A DNA stretch of 64,000 nucleotides from an uncultured bacterium (GCA_963801165.1 CAWDDT010000004.1:1-64000), one strand, 5' to 3'. Shown: positions 36,588 through 49,275, counted from the first letter of the stretch. Notes: generated by a model from the sequence alone, not told the origin. Numbers and translations: made by a program.

Positions 36588-37475
36588 TCAATGCGGTTGT
36601 AGCACCTTGTGGTGAATCCACTCGTCGACGAGTTCCACGAACAGGGCGGGGTTTTCGATCATGGGGGTATGCCCCATGCCCTCGATCATCTGGAAGTCCC
36701 AGTCCGGGCGCTCATTGGCCGCCCACCGGGCGGACGTGGGGTGGACCACACGGTCGTCGGTGCCGTGGATCAGCAAGGTCGGTTGCGAGATCTGGTGGAG
36801 GGTCTTGCGAAATCGCCTGCTCGAGGCAAGCTCGACGGCGATCGACCGGGCGGCCTCGGTGAACGCGGGGATGCTCCACTCCATCTCGCGCCTGGCACGG
36901 GCCATCTCGATTGCCGCGGCCCGGTGCAGCGGGCGCACCTCGGCCCCCCGGCTCAGCACCAGCCGGAACGTCTCGTCTACTTCCTGTTCGACGGTTCGCT
37001 CGTGGTAGTAGTAGCGGGCGGCATTGTTGCCGAGCAGCGGCACCAGCGGCCAGGCGAGACGCTGCGACTCCAGCGACAGCGACTTAACCGATACGATCGG
37101 GAGCGCCGTGTTGACGAGCACCAGACCGGCGACCAGGTCGGGGTGGCTCACGGCGGTGAGCATCGAGACGAGCCCGCCCATCGAGTTGCCGACCAGGATC
37201 ACCTGCTCGTCGCTCAGCGCATCGGCAAACCGGGCGAGCATCTCGGCGTTGCTGCGTACGGTTGCCTTGCGGCCATGGGGTGGAGTGAACCCGTGCCCGA
37301 TGAGATCGACGGCAAAGACGCGGTAGCTCTGGCCGAGCGCTTCGAAGACCGGGTACCACGAGATGTAGCTGGCTCCGATGCCATGCACCAGGACCATCAC
37401 CGGACCGCCGTCACCGGTCGCTACGTAGTGAACCGATCCGTCGACATCGATGAAGTGCGATCGCATGGGCGCCAC
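36588..37475 (-). CDS. Alpha/beta hydrolase
   Basis: LVHGIG, DLIGHG, GNSMGG, HGTDD, GMGHTP. Confidence 0.9.
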   Translation of the reverse strand: MAPMRSHFIDVDGSVHYVATGDGGPVMVLVHGIGASYISWYPVFEALGQSYRVFAVDLIGHGFTPPHGRKATVRSNAEMLARFADALSDEQVILVGNSMGGLVSMLTAVSHPDLVAGLVLVNTALPIVSVKSLSLESQRLAWPLVPLLGNNAARYYYHERTVEQEVDETFRLVLSRGAEVRPLHRAAAIEMARARREMEWSIPAFTEAARSIAVELASSRRFRKTLHQISQPTLLIHGTDDRVVHPTSARWAANERPDWDFQMIEGMGHTPMIENPALFVELVDEWIHHKVLQPH

Positions 37476-37576
37476 GGTAGTCGGCGGCCGACATCACCGG
37501 TCAATCCTCCCTGCCCTCCGACCGCCGGTACTCTCGACCAGGTTCGTGGCCAGATCCTGCTACGAGTTTTGATACC

Positions 37577-38383
37577 TCAGACGGGCGATTCCACGATGCG
37601 TGACGCACCGCAATAGACGTTGCAGGAGCCATCCCGGACGAACCCGGCGACCGTCATCCCCAGCTCGTCGCCCAACTCGACGGCCAGCGACGATGCGGCT
37701 GAAACTCCGCAGACGACAGGGATGCCGACCACGGCGCATTTCTGTACGATCTCGAAGCTCACCCGCCCCGACACCATCGCTACGAAGTCGTGCAGGGGCC
37801 AGTGCCTTCCGGCAAGATCCCCAATCAGCTTGTCCACAGCGTTGTGGCGCCCGATGTCCTCGCGGATTGCCACCAATTCGCCGTCGGCAGTGAACCCCGC
37901 GGCAGCGTGGATACCCCCGGTCAGGTCGAACTCAGACTGGGCCGCCCGCATTGTCTCCGGCATCCGGGCGATGATGGTCATGTCTAGCTGTGGTCCCGGT
38001 GCGAGAGGTGGCGCTGCGATCAGGACCGCATCGATCGACGCCTTGCCGCATACTCCGCACGATGACGACGTGTAGGTGTTTCTCCTGAACTGATCCGGGT
38101 CAACGGTGACACCCGGGGCGAGCACGAGGTTCCAGCGATCGTCGTCGGCAGTGACGCCGGCGCGCTCGATCCCGACGAACTCGCCGGGTTTCGAGATGAT
38201 CGACTCGCTGAGTGCGAAGCCACGGGCCAGGACCTCGTCGTCGCCGGGGGAGCGCATCAACACGGCAACAGGAACACCGGACAGACGGAACTCCACCGGC
38301 CGCTCGACGACCAGAGCGTCATCAACCGAGTCACGCCGGCCGGGACCGAGCCGCTCGATTCGGCGGATAGCGGACTTGCTCAT
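37577..38383 (-). CDS. fdhD: Formate dehydrogenase accessory sulfurtransferase FdhD
   Basis: VERP, MRSPG, SSCGVCG, TGGIHAA, EDIGRHNAVDK, SGRVSFEIVQK. ATG overlaps the upstream stop. Confidence 0.95.
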   Translation of the reverse strand: MSKSAIRRIERLGPGRRDSVDDALVVERPVEFRLSGVPVAVLMRSPGDDEVLARGFALSESIISKPGEFVGIERAGVTADDDRWNLVLAPGVTVDPDQFRRNTYTSSSCGVCGKASIDAVLIAAPPLAPGPQLDMTIIARMPETMRAAQSEFDLTGGIHAAAGFTADGELVAIREDIGRHNAVDKLIGDLAGRHWPLHDFVAMVSGRVSFEIVQKCAVVGIPVVCGVSAASSLAVELGDELGMTVAGFVRDGSCNVYCGASRIVESPV

Positions 38384-39237
38384 GTCGATACGTGGGCGTA
38401 TCCGAAGCGGCCCTTGATGCAGAGGTGCCCGTGGGTGACGGAGTGATCGGACGGTGAGGTCACCTTGACGATCTCGTTGTCCTGGACGTGCAGCTCCAGG
38501 TTGCACCCGACCCCGCAGTACGGGCAGATGGTCGTGGTGACCGCCTGCTTGCTCTCGTCCCAGGTGCCTTCCGCCCTCATGTCGTACTCGGTCTTGACCA
38601 TCAGCGCACCGGTCGGGCACACAGCGACACAGTTGCCGCAGTACACGCAGGCTGAATCGGGAAGGGTCACGTCGAACTCGGTCGAGATCTCGCTGGCGAA
38701 GCCACGCCCCGCCGCAGTGATGGCGAACGTGTTCTGGGCATCTGAGCCACACGCGGAGACGCACCGAAAACACAAGACGCACTTCGAGTAGTCCCGGATG
38801 TACAGATCGTCCTGGATCTTTACCGGCTGCGCCACGGTGGCAGGTTCGTTGCCGAACCGACCGGCGTCGACGTGGTAGCGGTCCATCCAGGCGTGGGTCG
38901 TGTCGTCGACGAGCGACATGTCGACCGATGACGCCAGCAGTTCGTAGACCAGCTTGCGGTTCTTGGCGATCCTGTCGCTTTCCGTCGTGATCTCCATCCC
39001 CTCGGTCACCTCCCGCGAGCAGGAAGGGACCAGGGTGCGTGACCCGCTCACTTCGACCACGCAGACTCGGCAGGCGCTGGGCGGTGTCAGGTTGTCGAGA
39101 TAGCACAGCGTCGGCACGGGGACGTCGTTGCGGCGGCAGGCATCGAGGATGGTGCTCCCGGCCGGGACGGCGACCGGTTGCCCGTCGAGGGTGACGTTGA
39201 CGAGCGGCCGTGGCTCCGGCAGCGGCATGGCGGTCAT
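38380..39237 (-). CDS. Fe-S subunit equivalent to the N-terminal part of an NAD-dependent FDH alpha chain (2Fe-2S, 2x4Fe-4S and Mo-proximal 4Fe-4S)
   Basis: VPTLC...ACRVCVVE...PSC; CVLCFRCVSAC; CVYCGNCVAVCP; TTICPYCGVGC...LCIKGRFGY. Confidence 0.92.
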   Translation of the reverse strand: MTAMPLPEPRPLVNVTLDGQPVAVPAGSTILDACRRNDVPVPTLCYLDNLTPPSACRVCVVEVSGSRTLVPSCSREVTEGMEITTESDRIAKNRKLVYELLASSVDMSLVDDTTHAWMDRYHVDAGRFGNEPATVAQPVKIQDDLYIRDYSKCVLCFRCVSACGSDAQNTFAITAAGRGFASEISTEFDVTLPDSACVYCGNCVAVCPTGALMVKTEYDMRAEGTWDESKQAVTTTICPYCGVGCNLELHVQDNEIVKVTSPSDHSVTHGHLCIKGRFGYAHVST

Positions 39238-41003
39238 CTGTTGCCTCCGATCAGACCTTGCTGTAGCGCCGATTGCACCGCCCAGGAGGCGGCGTGGCCG
39301 AAGCCACAGATCGAGGAGTCGCCCATCACCAGGGCCAGGTCGGCGAGAACCGTGTCCTCGCCTGCGCCTCCTGCGGCGAGACGGAGCAGCGACTCCTCCT
39401 GGCGCATGGTGCCCACCCGGCACGGAACACATTGGCCACACGACTCGTCACGGAAGAAGGCGCCGATACGCACGAGCAGGTCGGTGAAGTCTGTCTGGTC
39501 GTTGAAGACCATGACCACTCCGGAGCCAAGCGATACCCCTGCAGCCCGCGCTGCTTCGAAAGTCAGCGGGAGATCGAGCTTGTCCTCCAGGAGAAACGCA
39601 CCTGCCGCCCCGCCGGCGAGCGCAGCCCGGAAGGTACCGGTGACGCCACCCGCGATGTCGATCAGGTCCTGAAGCGTTGCCCCGAACTCGACTTCGTAGG
39701 AGCCGGGGCGGGTGACATCGCCGGAAAGACAGAAGATCTTGGTCCCGGTCGACTCGGCCGTTCCGATCCGGGCGAACGCCTCACCGCCATCGGCGACGAT
39801 TTGCAGCACGTTCACCAGCGTTTCGACGTTGTTGATGACCGTCGGCTTGCCGAACAGACCGGCCTGCGTGGGGAACGGAGGTTTCTGGCGGGGCATGCCG
39901 CGGAAGCCCTCGATGGAGTTGAAAAGTGCCGTCTCTTCTCCGCAGATGTAGGCGCCGGCGCCGCGTCTGACCTCGATGTCGAACCGAAATCCCCGCCCGG
40001 CGACATCGGTGCCCAGCAGACCCACGGCCCGCGCCCGGCCGACCGCCGTCTCGAACCGATGTTGAGCTACCGGGTATTCACCCCTGATGTATAGATATCC
40101 CTGCTCGGCGCCGATGGCAAACCCGGCGATGGTCATTGCCTCGACGACGGCAAACGGATCCGATTCGAGAAGAACGCGGTCCTTGAAGGTCCCCGGTTCG
40201 GACTCGTCGGCGTTGCAGACCAGGTATTTGGTGTCCGCAGGCTCGTCGGCGACGGCCCGCCACTTGATCCCTGTGGGGAATGCTGCCCCGCCGCGTCCGC
40301 GGAGGCCTGCGGCGACGACCGCGGCGATGACCTCGTCACGACCCATGGTCACGGCGTGGTCGAGGCTCCGGTAGCCGCCCAGAGCGCGATAGTCGTCGAG
40401 GCTGGACGGGTCGGTTCGACCCACTCGTACCAGCAGACGATCTCCCTCGGCCACCACCGGGCCGTCGACGTCGCCGTCGACGGCGGTCCCTTCGAGTACG
40501 GCACGGACGTCCTGTTTGCGCACATCGGTGAGCACGACGTCGCTCTGCCCGGCAATCTGGATGAACACGGCCGGGGCGCGATCGCACTGGCCGAGACACG
40601 GGCTGGGGTGAATGTCGTCCCTGTCGCCCAGATCTTCGAGGATCTCGAGGCCACCGGCGTTGCGGCAGGCGAGGTCGTCACATACGTGGGCGACACGGGT
40701 GGGGCGCTCCTCGGTCGCCAGCAGTGAATAGAAAGAGGCTACGCCGTACGCGTCGGCGAGCGGGACCTGGACTCTCTCGCAAACGTAGTTGAGCGCACCC
40801 CGGCTTATGTAGCCGACGGCCCCCTGCACGGCCCATAGCGCCGGGAGCAGCAAGTTCCGCTCGGCCATGGCACCGTGGAGACCGCCGAGTGCGGCCCTCC
40901 CCCCTGCGATCAACCCGAGCCCGTCGGTAGCGGAGCCGAGCAGCCCATCGACTGCGGCTCGTTCCTCCGCCGTTGCCAGATCCGACATCAGGTGTAGCTC
41001 TAT
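39234..41003 (-). CDS. NuoE-NuoF-like fused NAD(H)/FMN-binding subunit of FDH; start either AUA at 41003 or ATG at 40988
   Basis: YGVASFY, VCDDLAC, CLGQC; GLRGRGGAAFPTGIKW, CNADESEPGTFKDR, GAGAYICGEETAL, ESCGQCVPCRVG, SICGFG. Confidence 0.92.
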   Translation of the reverse strand: MELHLMSDLATAEERAAVDGLLGSATDGLGLIAGGRAALGGLHGAMAERNLLLPALWAVQGAVGYISRGALNYVCERVQVPLADAYGVASFYSLLATEERPTRVAHVCDDLACRNAGGLEILEDLGDRDDIHPSPCLGQCDRAPAVFIQIAGQSDVVLTDVRKQDVRAVLEGTAVDGDVDGPVVAEGDRLLVRVGRTDPSSLDDYRALGGYRSLDHAVTMGRDEVIAAVVAAGLRGRGGAAFPTGIKWRAVADEPADTKYLVCNADESEPGTFKDRVLLESDPFAVVEAMTIAGFAIGAEQGYLYIRGEYPVAQHRFETAVGRARAVGLLGTDVAGRGFRFDIEVRRGAGAYICGEETALFNSIEGFRGMPRQKPPFPTQAGLFGKPTVINNVETLVNVLQIVADGGEAFARIGTAESTGTKIFCLSGDVTRPGSYEVEFGATLQDLIDIAGGVTGTFRAALAGGAAGAFLLEDKLDLPLTFEAARAAGVSLGSGVVMVFNDQTDFTDLLVRIGAFFRDESCGQCVPCRVGTMRQEESLLRLAAGGAGEDTVLADLALVMGDSSICGFGHAASWAVQSALQQGLIGGNR

Positions 41004-41091
41004 GGTGCCCTCCGTCCTCCTTCGGAACACACTAACAGTCGGTCCCGGCTGCACCCGGTGTGTATGCTCGGAGATACGGAAAGGAGGTGAG

Positions 41092-42963
41092 ATGGCGTAC
41101 CAGAGACTGACCGAACCGCTCGTCCGCGACGGCGGGGTGTTGCGTCCCGCGACATGGGACGAAGCCCTCGACCGTATCGCTGCGGGCCTTGCCCCGTACC
41201 CGGGTCGCGAGTTCGGGATGTTCAGCTGTTCGAAGGCGACCAACGAGACGAACTACCTCGCCCAGAAGTTCGCGCGGGTGGTTATGGGGTCGCACAACGT
41301 CGACAGCTGCAACCGTACCTGACACGCTCCTTCGGTCGTCGGTCTGGCGACAGTGCTGGGAGCGGGAGGCGGAACATCCTCCTACGAAGAGATCGAGACC
41401 ACAGACGTCATCTTGCTGTGGGGGTCGAACGCGCGTGAGACGCACCCGATCTTCTTCCACCATCTCCTCAAGGGCCTCCGCAACGGCGCCAAGATGTACT
41501 CGATCGATCCGCGGCGTACCTCGTCCGCGGAGTTCGCCGACGTCTGGCTCGGCATCGATGTCGGTTCCGACATCGCCCTCGCCAACGCCGTCGGCCGTGA
41601 GATCATCACCGCCGGTCTGACCAACAACGCCTTCATCGAGCACTCGACCTCGGGCTTCGACGAGTACGCGGCTGCGGTCGACTCGTACACACTCGACCGG
41701 GCGGCGGAGATCACCGGTGTGCCCGCCGCTCTGATCAAGCAGATGGCACACGACTATGCATCCGCCGACACGGCACAGCTGTGCTGGACGCTCGGCATCA
41801 CCGAGCACCACAATGCCACCGACAACGTGTTCGCTCTCATCAACCTGGCGCTGCTCACCGGGCACGTCGGCCGCTACGGGTCGGGTCTCGTCCCGATCCG
41901 CGGGCAGAACAACGTGCAGGGCGGCGCCGACGTCGGCGGTCTGCCCAACAAGCTGCCGGGATACCAGAACATCGAGGATCCGGAGCATCTCGCCAAATTC
42001 AACGCCGCCTGGAACACCAACATGCCGGCCGAGAACGGCTGGCACATCTCCCGGATGTTCGACGCCATGGAGGACGGAGATCTGAAAGCGCTCTACGTCC
42101 TCGGTGAGAACCCGGCCCAGTCCGAGGCGGACAGTGGGCGTGCGGTTCGGTGTCTCGAGAGCCTCGACTTCATGGTGGCGCAGGACATGTTCCTCACCAA
42201 GACTGCCGAGCTTGCGGATGTGGTGCTTCCTGCCGCAGCCGGGTGGGCGGAGACAGAAGGGACCGTCACCTCCTCGGAGCGGCGGACCCAGCGGGTGCGC
42301 CGTGCCGTCGAACCGCCCGGGGAGGCCAAGGACGACATCGAGATCCTGGCGCTGGTGGCGCAACACATGGGCCATGACTGGCCGGTGCGGTCCGCATACG
42401 AGGTTTGGGAAGAGGTCAGGAGTGTCTCTCCGATGCACGCCGGGATGTCTTACGAGCGTCTCGAGAAGGAGGGCGGTCTGCAATGGCCGTGCCCGAGCGA
42501 GGATCACCCCGGGACGCAGTTCCTCCACGGGTGGTTGTGGGAGGACCCGATGCCGCGGGGCCCGGCACCGTTCACGCCCACCGAGTACGTCCCACCGCTC
42601 GATGAGCTCACCGACGAGTACCCGGTCCGGCTGACCACGGGCCGGCGGCTCGAGTCGTACAACACCGGCGTTCAGAGCGGCCGCTACAAGTCACCGAAGC
42701 GTCTCGGCGGGGTCATCGAGCTGGCCCCCGAGGACGGTGTCAATTATGGGGTTGCGGAGGGTGATCGCGTCATGGTGGTCTCCCGGAGGGGCAGCATCGA
42801 GGCGCCGGTGCGGTTCGCCCGCAACCTGCGTCCCGGTCTGGCGTTCATGGCGCTGCACTTTCCGGACGAGACAAACATCAATCTGCTCACCAACGAGTTC
42901 TGGGACCCCAAGGCCGGCACGGCCGAGTTCAAGGCGACCGCGGTGAGGATCCAGAAGGTCTGA
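41092..42963 (+). CDS. fdhF: Selenocysteine-containing formate dehydrogenase catalytic (Mo/W-bisPGD) subunit; UGA at 41320-41322
   Basis: ORFs 40867..41322 and 41353..42963 share a frame. Read-through gives NVDSCNRT-U-HAPSVVGL (cf. FdhF CARVUHGPS), then PIRGQNNVQG, AETEGT..SSERR, LTTGR, TAEFK. SD AAGGAGG. Confidence 0.93.
41334..41351 (+). promoter_or_regulatory. Bacterial SECIS element
   Basis: TGA + 11 nt (CACGCTCCTTC) + G GTCGTC[GGTCT]GGCGAC. Same spacing and GGUCU apical loop as the E. coli fdhF SECIS. Confidence 0.85.
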
Positions 42964-42967
42964 CCGG

Positions 42968-43906
42968 TCAGGCGCCGGCGTCCCACCAGTCGAGCACACG
43001 AAGCGCACGTAGGGTGTTCCAGCGACTCGGCGTTCCTACGTCACCCTCCATGTCGAAGTGGACCCGCCCGGGATGAACGCGATCGAGTAGCCACCGGCCG
43101 TCGGGCTGCCGCTTCGACCGCACGAGCTCCACTCCTTCTGCCATTCGGGGCTCCGGGTCGGTGCCGGCACGGCGGAAGTAATCGAGCGCCCGCAGGACGT
43201 CGTAGTGCCAGTAGTAGGGGAAGGCGAACTCGACATATGCGGGGTCGGCGATCGAGCCGGTGCTCTTGCGGCGGAACATGTTGTGCTCGAGCAGGTACTC
43301 CTCACCGCGGTGCCGGGCAGTCCGTACCTCGGCCGACCCGCCGGTCGCTCTCTCGAACTCAAGCAGCCCGTCGAGTACGTTGATCGTCGTGTCGAAAGAG
43401 GAGCGCACGGAACCGTTCTCGGCCTCACAGTTCCAACCGCCGTCGTCAAGTCGCTCTCCGAGGACTCGTGCGACGATCGGGGCGACGTCAACCCCGAAGT
43501 AGGCACCCGTCTCGATTGTCCGGCCATTTATGCACGGCTCGACCTCACCGTCGAAGTAGTGCTGCCCGGCGTGCTCCCAGCGACCGTTTTCGGCAACGAG
43601 GTCGATGGCCCGGTGGGCAGAATGCGCCGCCGGATCGAGCCCGAGAATCTGCAGCGTTTGCAGCGTATGCATCGTCGCCGTCCACGGTTGTCCCGGTTCA
43701 TTGCCGGTATAGGAGGCCGGGAAGCAGGCGCCGCCGTCCCAGAGCCCGTCGGGGTCCTCGGCATCGAGGAGACGGGCGCCCCAACCGTCGGTGGCGACAC
43801 GGGCTCTCTCTGCCGAGATGTCATCGGGGGAGGCGGATGCGAGGTCGCGCTTGACCTGCCAGCGGATGGCGGGGTCTCCCTCGAGGAGCCATTCGATCAC
43901 GTCCAT
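42968..43906 (-). CDS. Prenyltransferase/squalene-cyclase-repeat family hypothetical protein
   Basis: WLLEGDPAIRWQV, DPDGLW, LDDGGWNCE, YDVLRALDY, QPDGRW, PSRWNTLRALRVL. Confidence 0.75.
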   Translation of the reverse strand: MDVIEWLLEGDPAIRWQVKRDLASASPDDISAERARVATDGWGARLLDAEDPDGLWDGGACFPASYTGNEPGQPWTATMHTLQTLQILGLDPAAHSAHRAIDLVAENGRWEHAGQHYFDGEVEPCINGRTIETGAYFGVDVAPIVARVLGERLDDGGWNCEAENGSVRSSFDTTINVLDGLLEFERATGGSAEVRTARHRGEEYLLEHNMFRRKSTGSIADPAYVEFAFPYYWHYDVLRALDYFRRAGTDPEPRMAEGVELVRSKRQPDGRWLLDRVHPGRVHFDMEGDVGTPSRWNTLRALRVLDWWDAGA

Positions 43907-43934
43907 GACCGGCAGATTACCGGGGGCGTGCGAC

Positions 43935-44303
43935 CTACTCCTCCCTGATGGCGTTCAGGTAGTTGTAGATGGTGATCCGGCTGACGTCCATGGTGTCGGC
44001 GACCGACTCGATCGACCTACGCAGCAGGAATGCGCCCTGCTCGTCGAGCCGGCGTAGGGCGACCTGCTTGCCGACCCGGTCCAGCTCGTTGAGCGGGGCG
44101 CCCAACTCCGTCTCGATGCGGGAGATCAAGATGTCGAGTGAATCCGACAGGGGAGGCAGACGAACCCCCGCGACCACTGTGCCGCGCCATGTGATTGGAA
44201 CGTCACCCCCGCTGAGATCCTCCGGTGCGATCGACTCCCCACCAATGGCCTCGAGCAGGGGGCGGATCGCAGCCAGAACGGCGTCAACATCGTCACTCAC
44301 CAT
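43935..44303 (-). CDS. HTH_22 (YheO/DauR C-terminal-type) DNA-binding protein
   Basis: KQVALRRLDEQGAFLLRRSIESVADTMDVSRITIYNYL. Confidence 0.85.
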   Translation of the reverse strand: MVSDDVDAVLAAIRPLLEAIGGESIAPEDLSGGDVPITWRGTVVAGVRLPPLSDSLDILISRIETELGAPLNELDRVGKQVALRRLDEQGAFLLRRSIESVADTMDVSRITIYNYLNAIREE

Positions 44304-44538
44304 GCACCTGGACCTGGATCGAGACGCGGCTTGCTCCCGCTGCGGTTGCGGCGTCCAGGAGATCCTTGACGGCCTCCATCACCAGGTCAGGCTCGCCACT
44401 TATGGTCGTGCCAAACGGTCCGATCTCCGGCTCGAAGCCGAGTGAGCGCACGGCAGCGAACGCGGCCTCAACGTGGGCACCGGGGTGCCCCACCTCGAAC
44501 GGCTCGACGAGGAACTCGGCGGTGCAGACTGAGGCCAC
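44293..44538 (-). CDS. Small YkoF/MTH1187 (thiamine-binding-like) ferredoxin-fold protein
   Basis: AEFLVEPF, EIGPFGTTISG, GASRVSIQV; overlaps the HTH gene. Confidence 0.7.
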   Translation of the reverse strand: MASVCTAEFLVEPFEVGHPGAHVEAAFAAVRSLGFEPEIGPFGTTISGEPDLVMEAVKDLLDAATAAGASRVSIQVQVHGE

Positions 44539-44549
44539 TGGTCTTGCCT

Positions 44550-45539
44550 CTATCCGCCGAACATGCCGGCGAGATCGCTGCCGTCGGTCACCTGATCGGC
44601 GGGCGGCGCTTCGATGTTGATGTCGGCGCCGAAGTCGTACATCTCCCAGGTCATCGTCATCGACCCGAAACCGTTGGACGAGTCACCGGATCCATCGAAC
44701 TGCATCACCATCTTGTGCATGACGTTGTCGTCGCCGAGCCAGAACTCGACGGGCATCGTGTCCGGAAGCGTGCCAAAGCTATTCAGGTCGGTCTGGACCT
44801 GGGCGTCGGCGGCATCCATCATCCCGGCTACGTCAACGACCGCCCGGTAATGCGTCGTGTTCACCCCGCGCACCGTTTCCGTTCCGAGATCTTCGACGTT
44901 CGACCATGCCGAGGCACCCCACGCCTGCATCAGATCCTCCGGGTTGGTGGGCCCGGCGCCAAAGCCCGACGCCATGCCCCCGGCGTCGGTCGCGGGCATG
45001 CTGACCCAATCGGTCGTGATACCCAGCATCGAGAACAGACCGAAACGCATATAGGACGTGTCCCCGATCGTTCTGATCTCCATCTCACCGAAGAGGTCGC
45101 CCATGCCGGGCGGCATCGTCTCACCGGTGGGCGCCGCATTGGCCAGCTGCGACATGTCCAGGGTGAATGAGCTGTTGCCGGCGGTGTTGTCGAACTCACC
45201 GGAGAAACCCATGGTGACGTCGCCGGACGCGCCGGCGACGTCGGTCATCGTCATCGACCCTTCGATACGCCCGGATGTGGCGGCGGCGGAGTTGGCGAGT
45301 GCGGCTTGAAGGGCCGTAGCGTCACCACCCGACGAAGCCGTTGTGGTGGTCTCGGCCGCTTCGGTGGTTGCGGGCGCTGAGCTTGTTGTGGTCTCAGCTG
45401 CTGCCGCGGTTGTGCTCGCGGCGTCCGACGTCGCGGCGGCAACGGTGGTCGTGGACCCGCTGTCGGAATTCCCGTCGCTGCCACCACAGCCGGCTACGAG
45501 CATTGCGAGAGCGAATACGAGTGAGAGAAGTTTGCGCAT
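44550..45539 (-). CDS. Lipoprotein, LppX/LprAFG-like, with a Thr/Ala/Ser-rich linker
   Basis: Lipobox LVAGC; GTETVRGVNTTHYRA; VEFWLG; YDFGADINIEAPP. Confidence 0.8.
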   Translation of the reverse strand: MRKLLSLVFALAMLVAGCGGSDGNSDSGSTTTVAAATSDAASTTAAAAETTTSSAPATTEAAETTTTASSGGDATALQAALANSAAATSGRIEGSMTMTDVAGASGDVTMGFSGEFDNTAGNSSFTLDMSQLANAAPTGETMPPGMGDLFGEMEIRTIGDTSYMRFGLFSMLGITTDWVSMPATDAGGMASGFGAGPTNPEDLMQAWGASAWSNVEDLGTETVRGVNTTHYRAVVDVAGMMDAADAQVQTDLNSFGTLPDTMPVEFWLGDDNVMHKMVMQFDGSGDSSNGFGSMTMTWEMYDFGADINIEAPPADQVTDGSDLAGMFGG

Positions 45540-45554
45540 TTCCTACCTCGATCC

Positions 45555-45631
45555 TTTTACAGATCGTTCACAGTAGTTGTCTGTCCGCGGAAGTCCAGAT
45601 TGCTCTCACGGGTTTTTACAAAATGTACAAA
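45555..45631. promoter_or_regulatory. Two related AT-rich sites upstream of the xdh operon
   Basis: TTTTACAGATCGTTCACA (45555-45572) and TTTTACAAAATGTACAAA (45614-45631); a -10-like TAGACT at 45636. Confidence 0.45.
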
Positions 45632-45676
45632 CGCCTAGACTAAGAGCACGATGCTTGTATTGAAGAGGAGGGTGTG

Positions 45677-48252
<2,576 letters not shown>

Positions 48253-48256
<4 letters not shown>

Positions 48257-49275
48257 CGGCAACAACGCCCGGGCTCGTTTGCGCCCACCATCACCTCTAC
48301 TCGGAGCTGGCGCGAGGCATGCCGCCGCCGCCCGAGGTCGCAACCAACTTCCAGGAGATCCTGGAGCAGATCTGGTGGCGGCTCGACGTTGCCCTCGACC
48401 TGGACATGCTGTATGCGTCGGCGCGACTCGGTGCCCTCGAGGCGCTCGAGGCGGGGACGACGGCGATCGTCGATCACAACGAGACGCCCAACGCCATCGA
48501 GGGCTCGCTGTCGGTCATCAAGCAGGCGTGTGACGAGGTCGGGGTGCGCATCCTGCCCGCCTACGGGATCACCGACCGGCACGGTGCCGACGGGGCCAGG
48601 CGTGGTCTCGCCGAGAACGAGCGGTTCATCAAGGATGGCAACAAGGCCCTGGTCGGTATCCACGCCAGCTTCACCTGCACCGACGAATCTCTGGAGGCGG
48701 CCGCCGGTTTGGCCACGGACCTCGGTGTCGGCGTTCACATCCATGTGTGCGAGGGGATCGGTGACGTCGATGCGCCGCGACGGCTCGAGGGACTGACCGG
48801 CGACAACTGGCTGCTCAGCCATTGTGTCCATCTTCCCACCGACCATAATCTGAAGGGCACGATCCTCCACAACCCGCGCTCCAACTTGAACAACGGGGTC
48901 GGCTACGCCAATCCGGTGCGCTTCATTAATCCCGTCGCGCTCGGCACCGACGGCATCGGGGCCAACATGATCGAGTCGTTCCGGCTCGCCTACGTGATGC
49001 ACCGCTCCGTTGATGTCACCGCCGGTCCCGACCCCGCCTGGTCCTGGCTGGAGGAGGGATGGAACATCGTTCCCGAAGCCAGAGAAGACGAAGTCACCTG
49101 GTCTTATGACCCGATGGACCCGTGGCACCTCGCCTTCACCGCCGGGGTGCACCCGCTCGAAGTGAAGGTCGGGGGAGAGGTCGTATTCAGTGACGGCAAG
49201 CCCACCAGGGTCGACGCGGACGAGGTCCGTGCCAAGGCCCGGGAGCAAGCCGAGAGATTGCACGCCAAACTGTGA
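48253..49275 (+). CDS. ssnA: SsnA-like amidohydrolase (short form)
   Basis: PGLVCAHHHLYSELARGM, QIWWRLD, GTTAIVDH, GIHASFT, HIHVCEG, HNPRSNLNNGVG, LGTDG. Confidence 0.82.

Noticed and set aside
4678-41322. Alternative genetic code (UGA = Trp or Gly) or nonsense pseudogenes as the explanation for the in-frame UGAs
   Set aside because: Many genes here end in UGA at their expected C-termini. The two internal UGAs fall exactly on catalytic Cys positions, and one has a clear SECIS.
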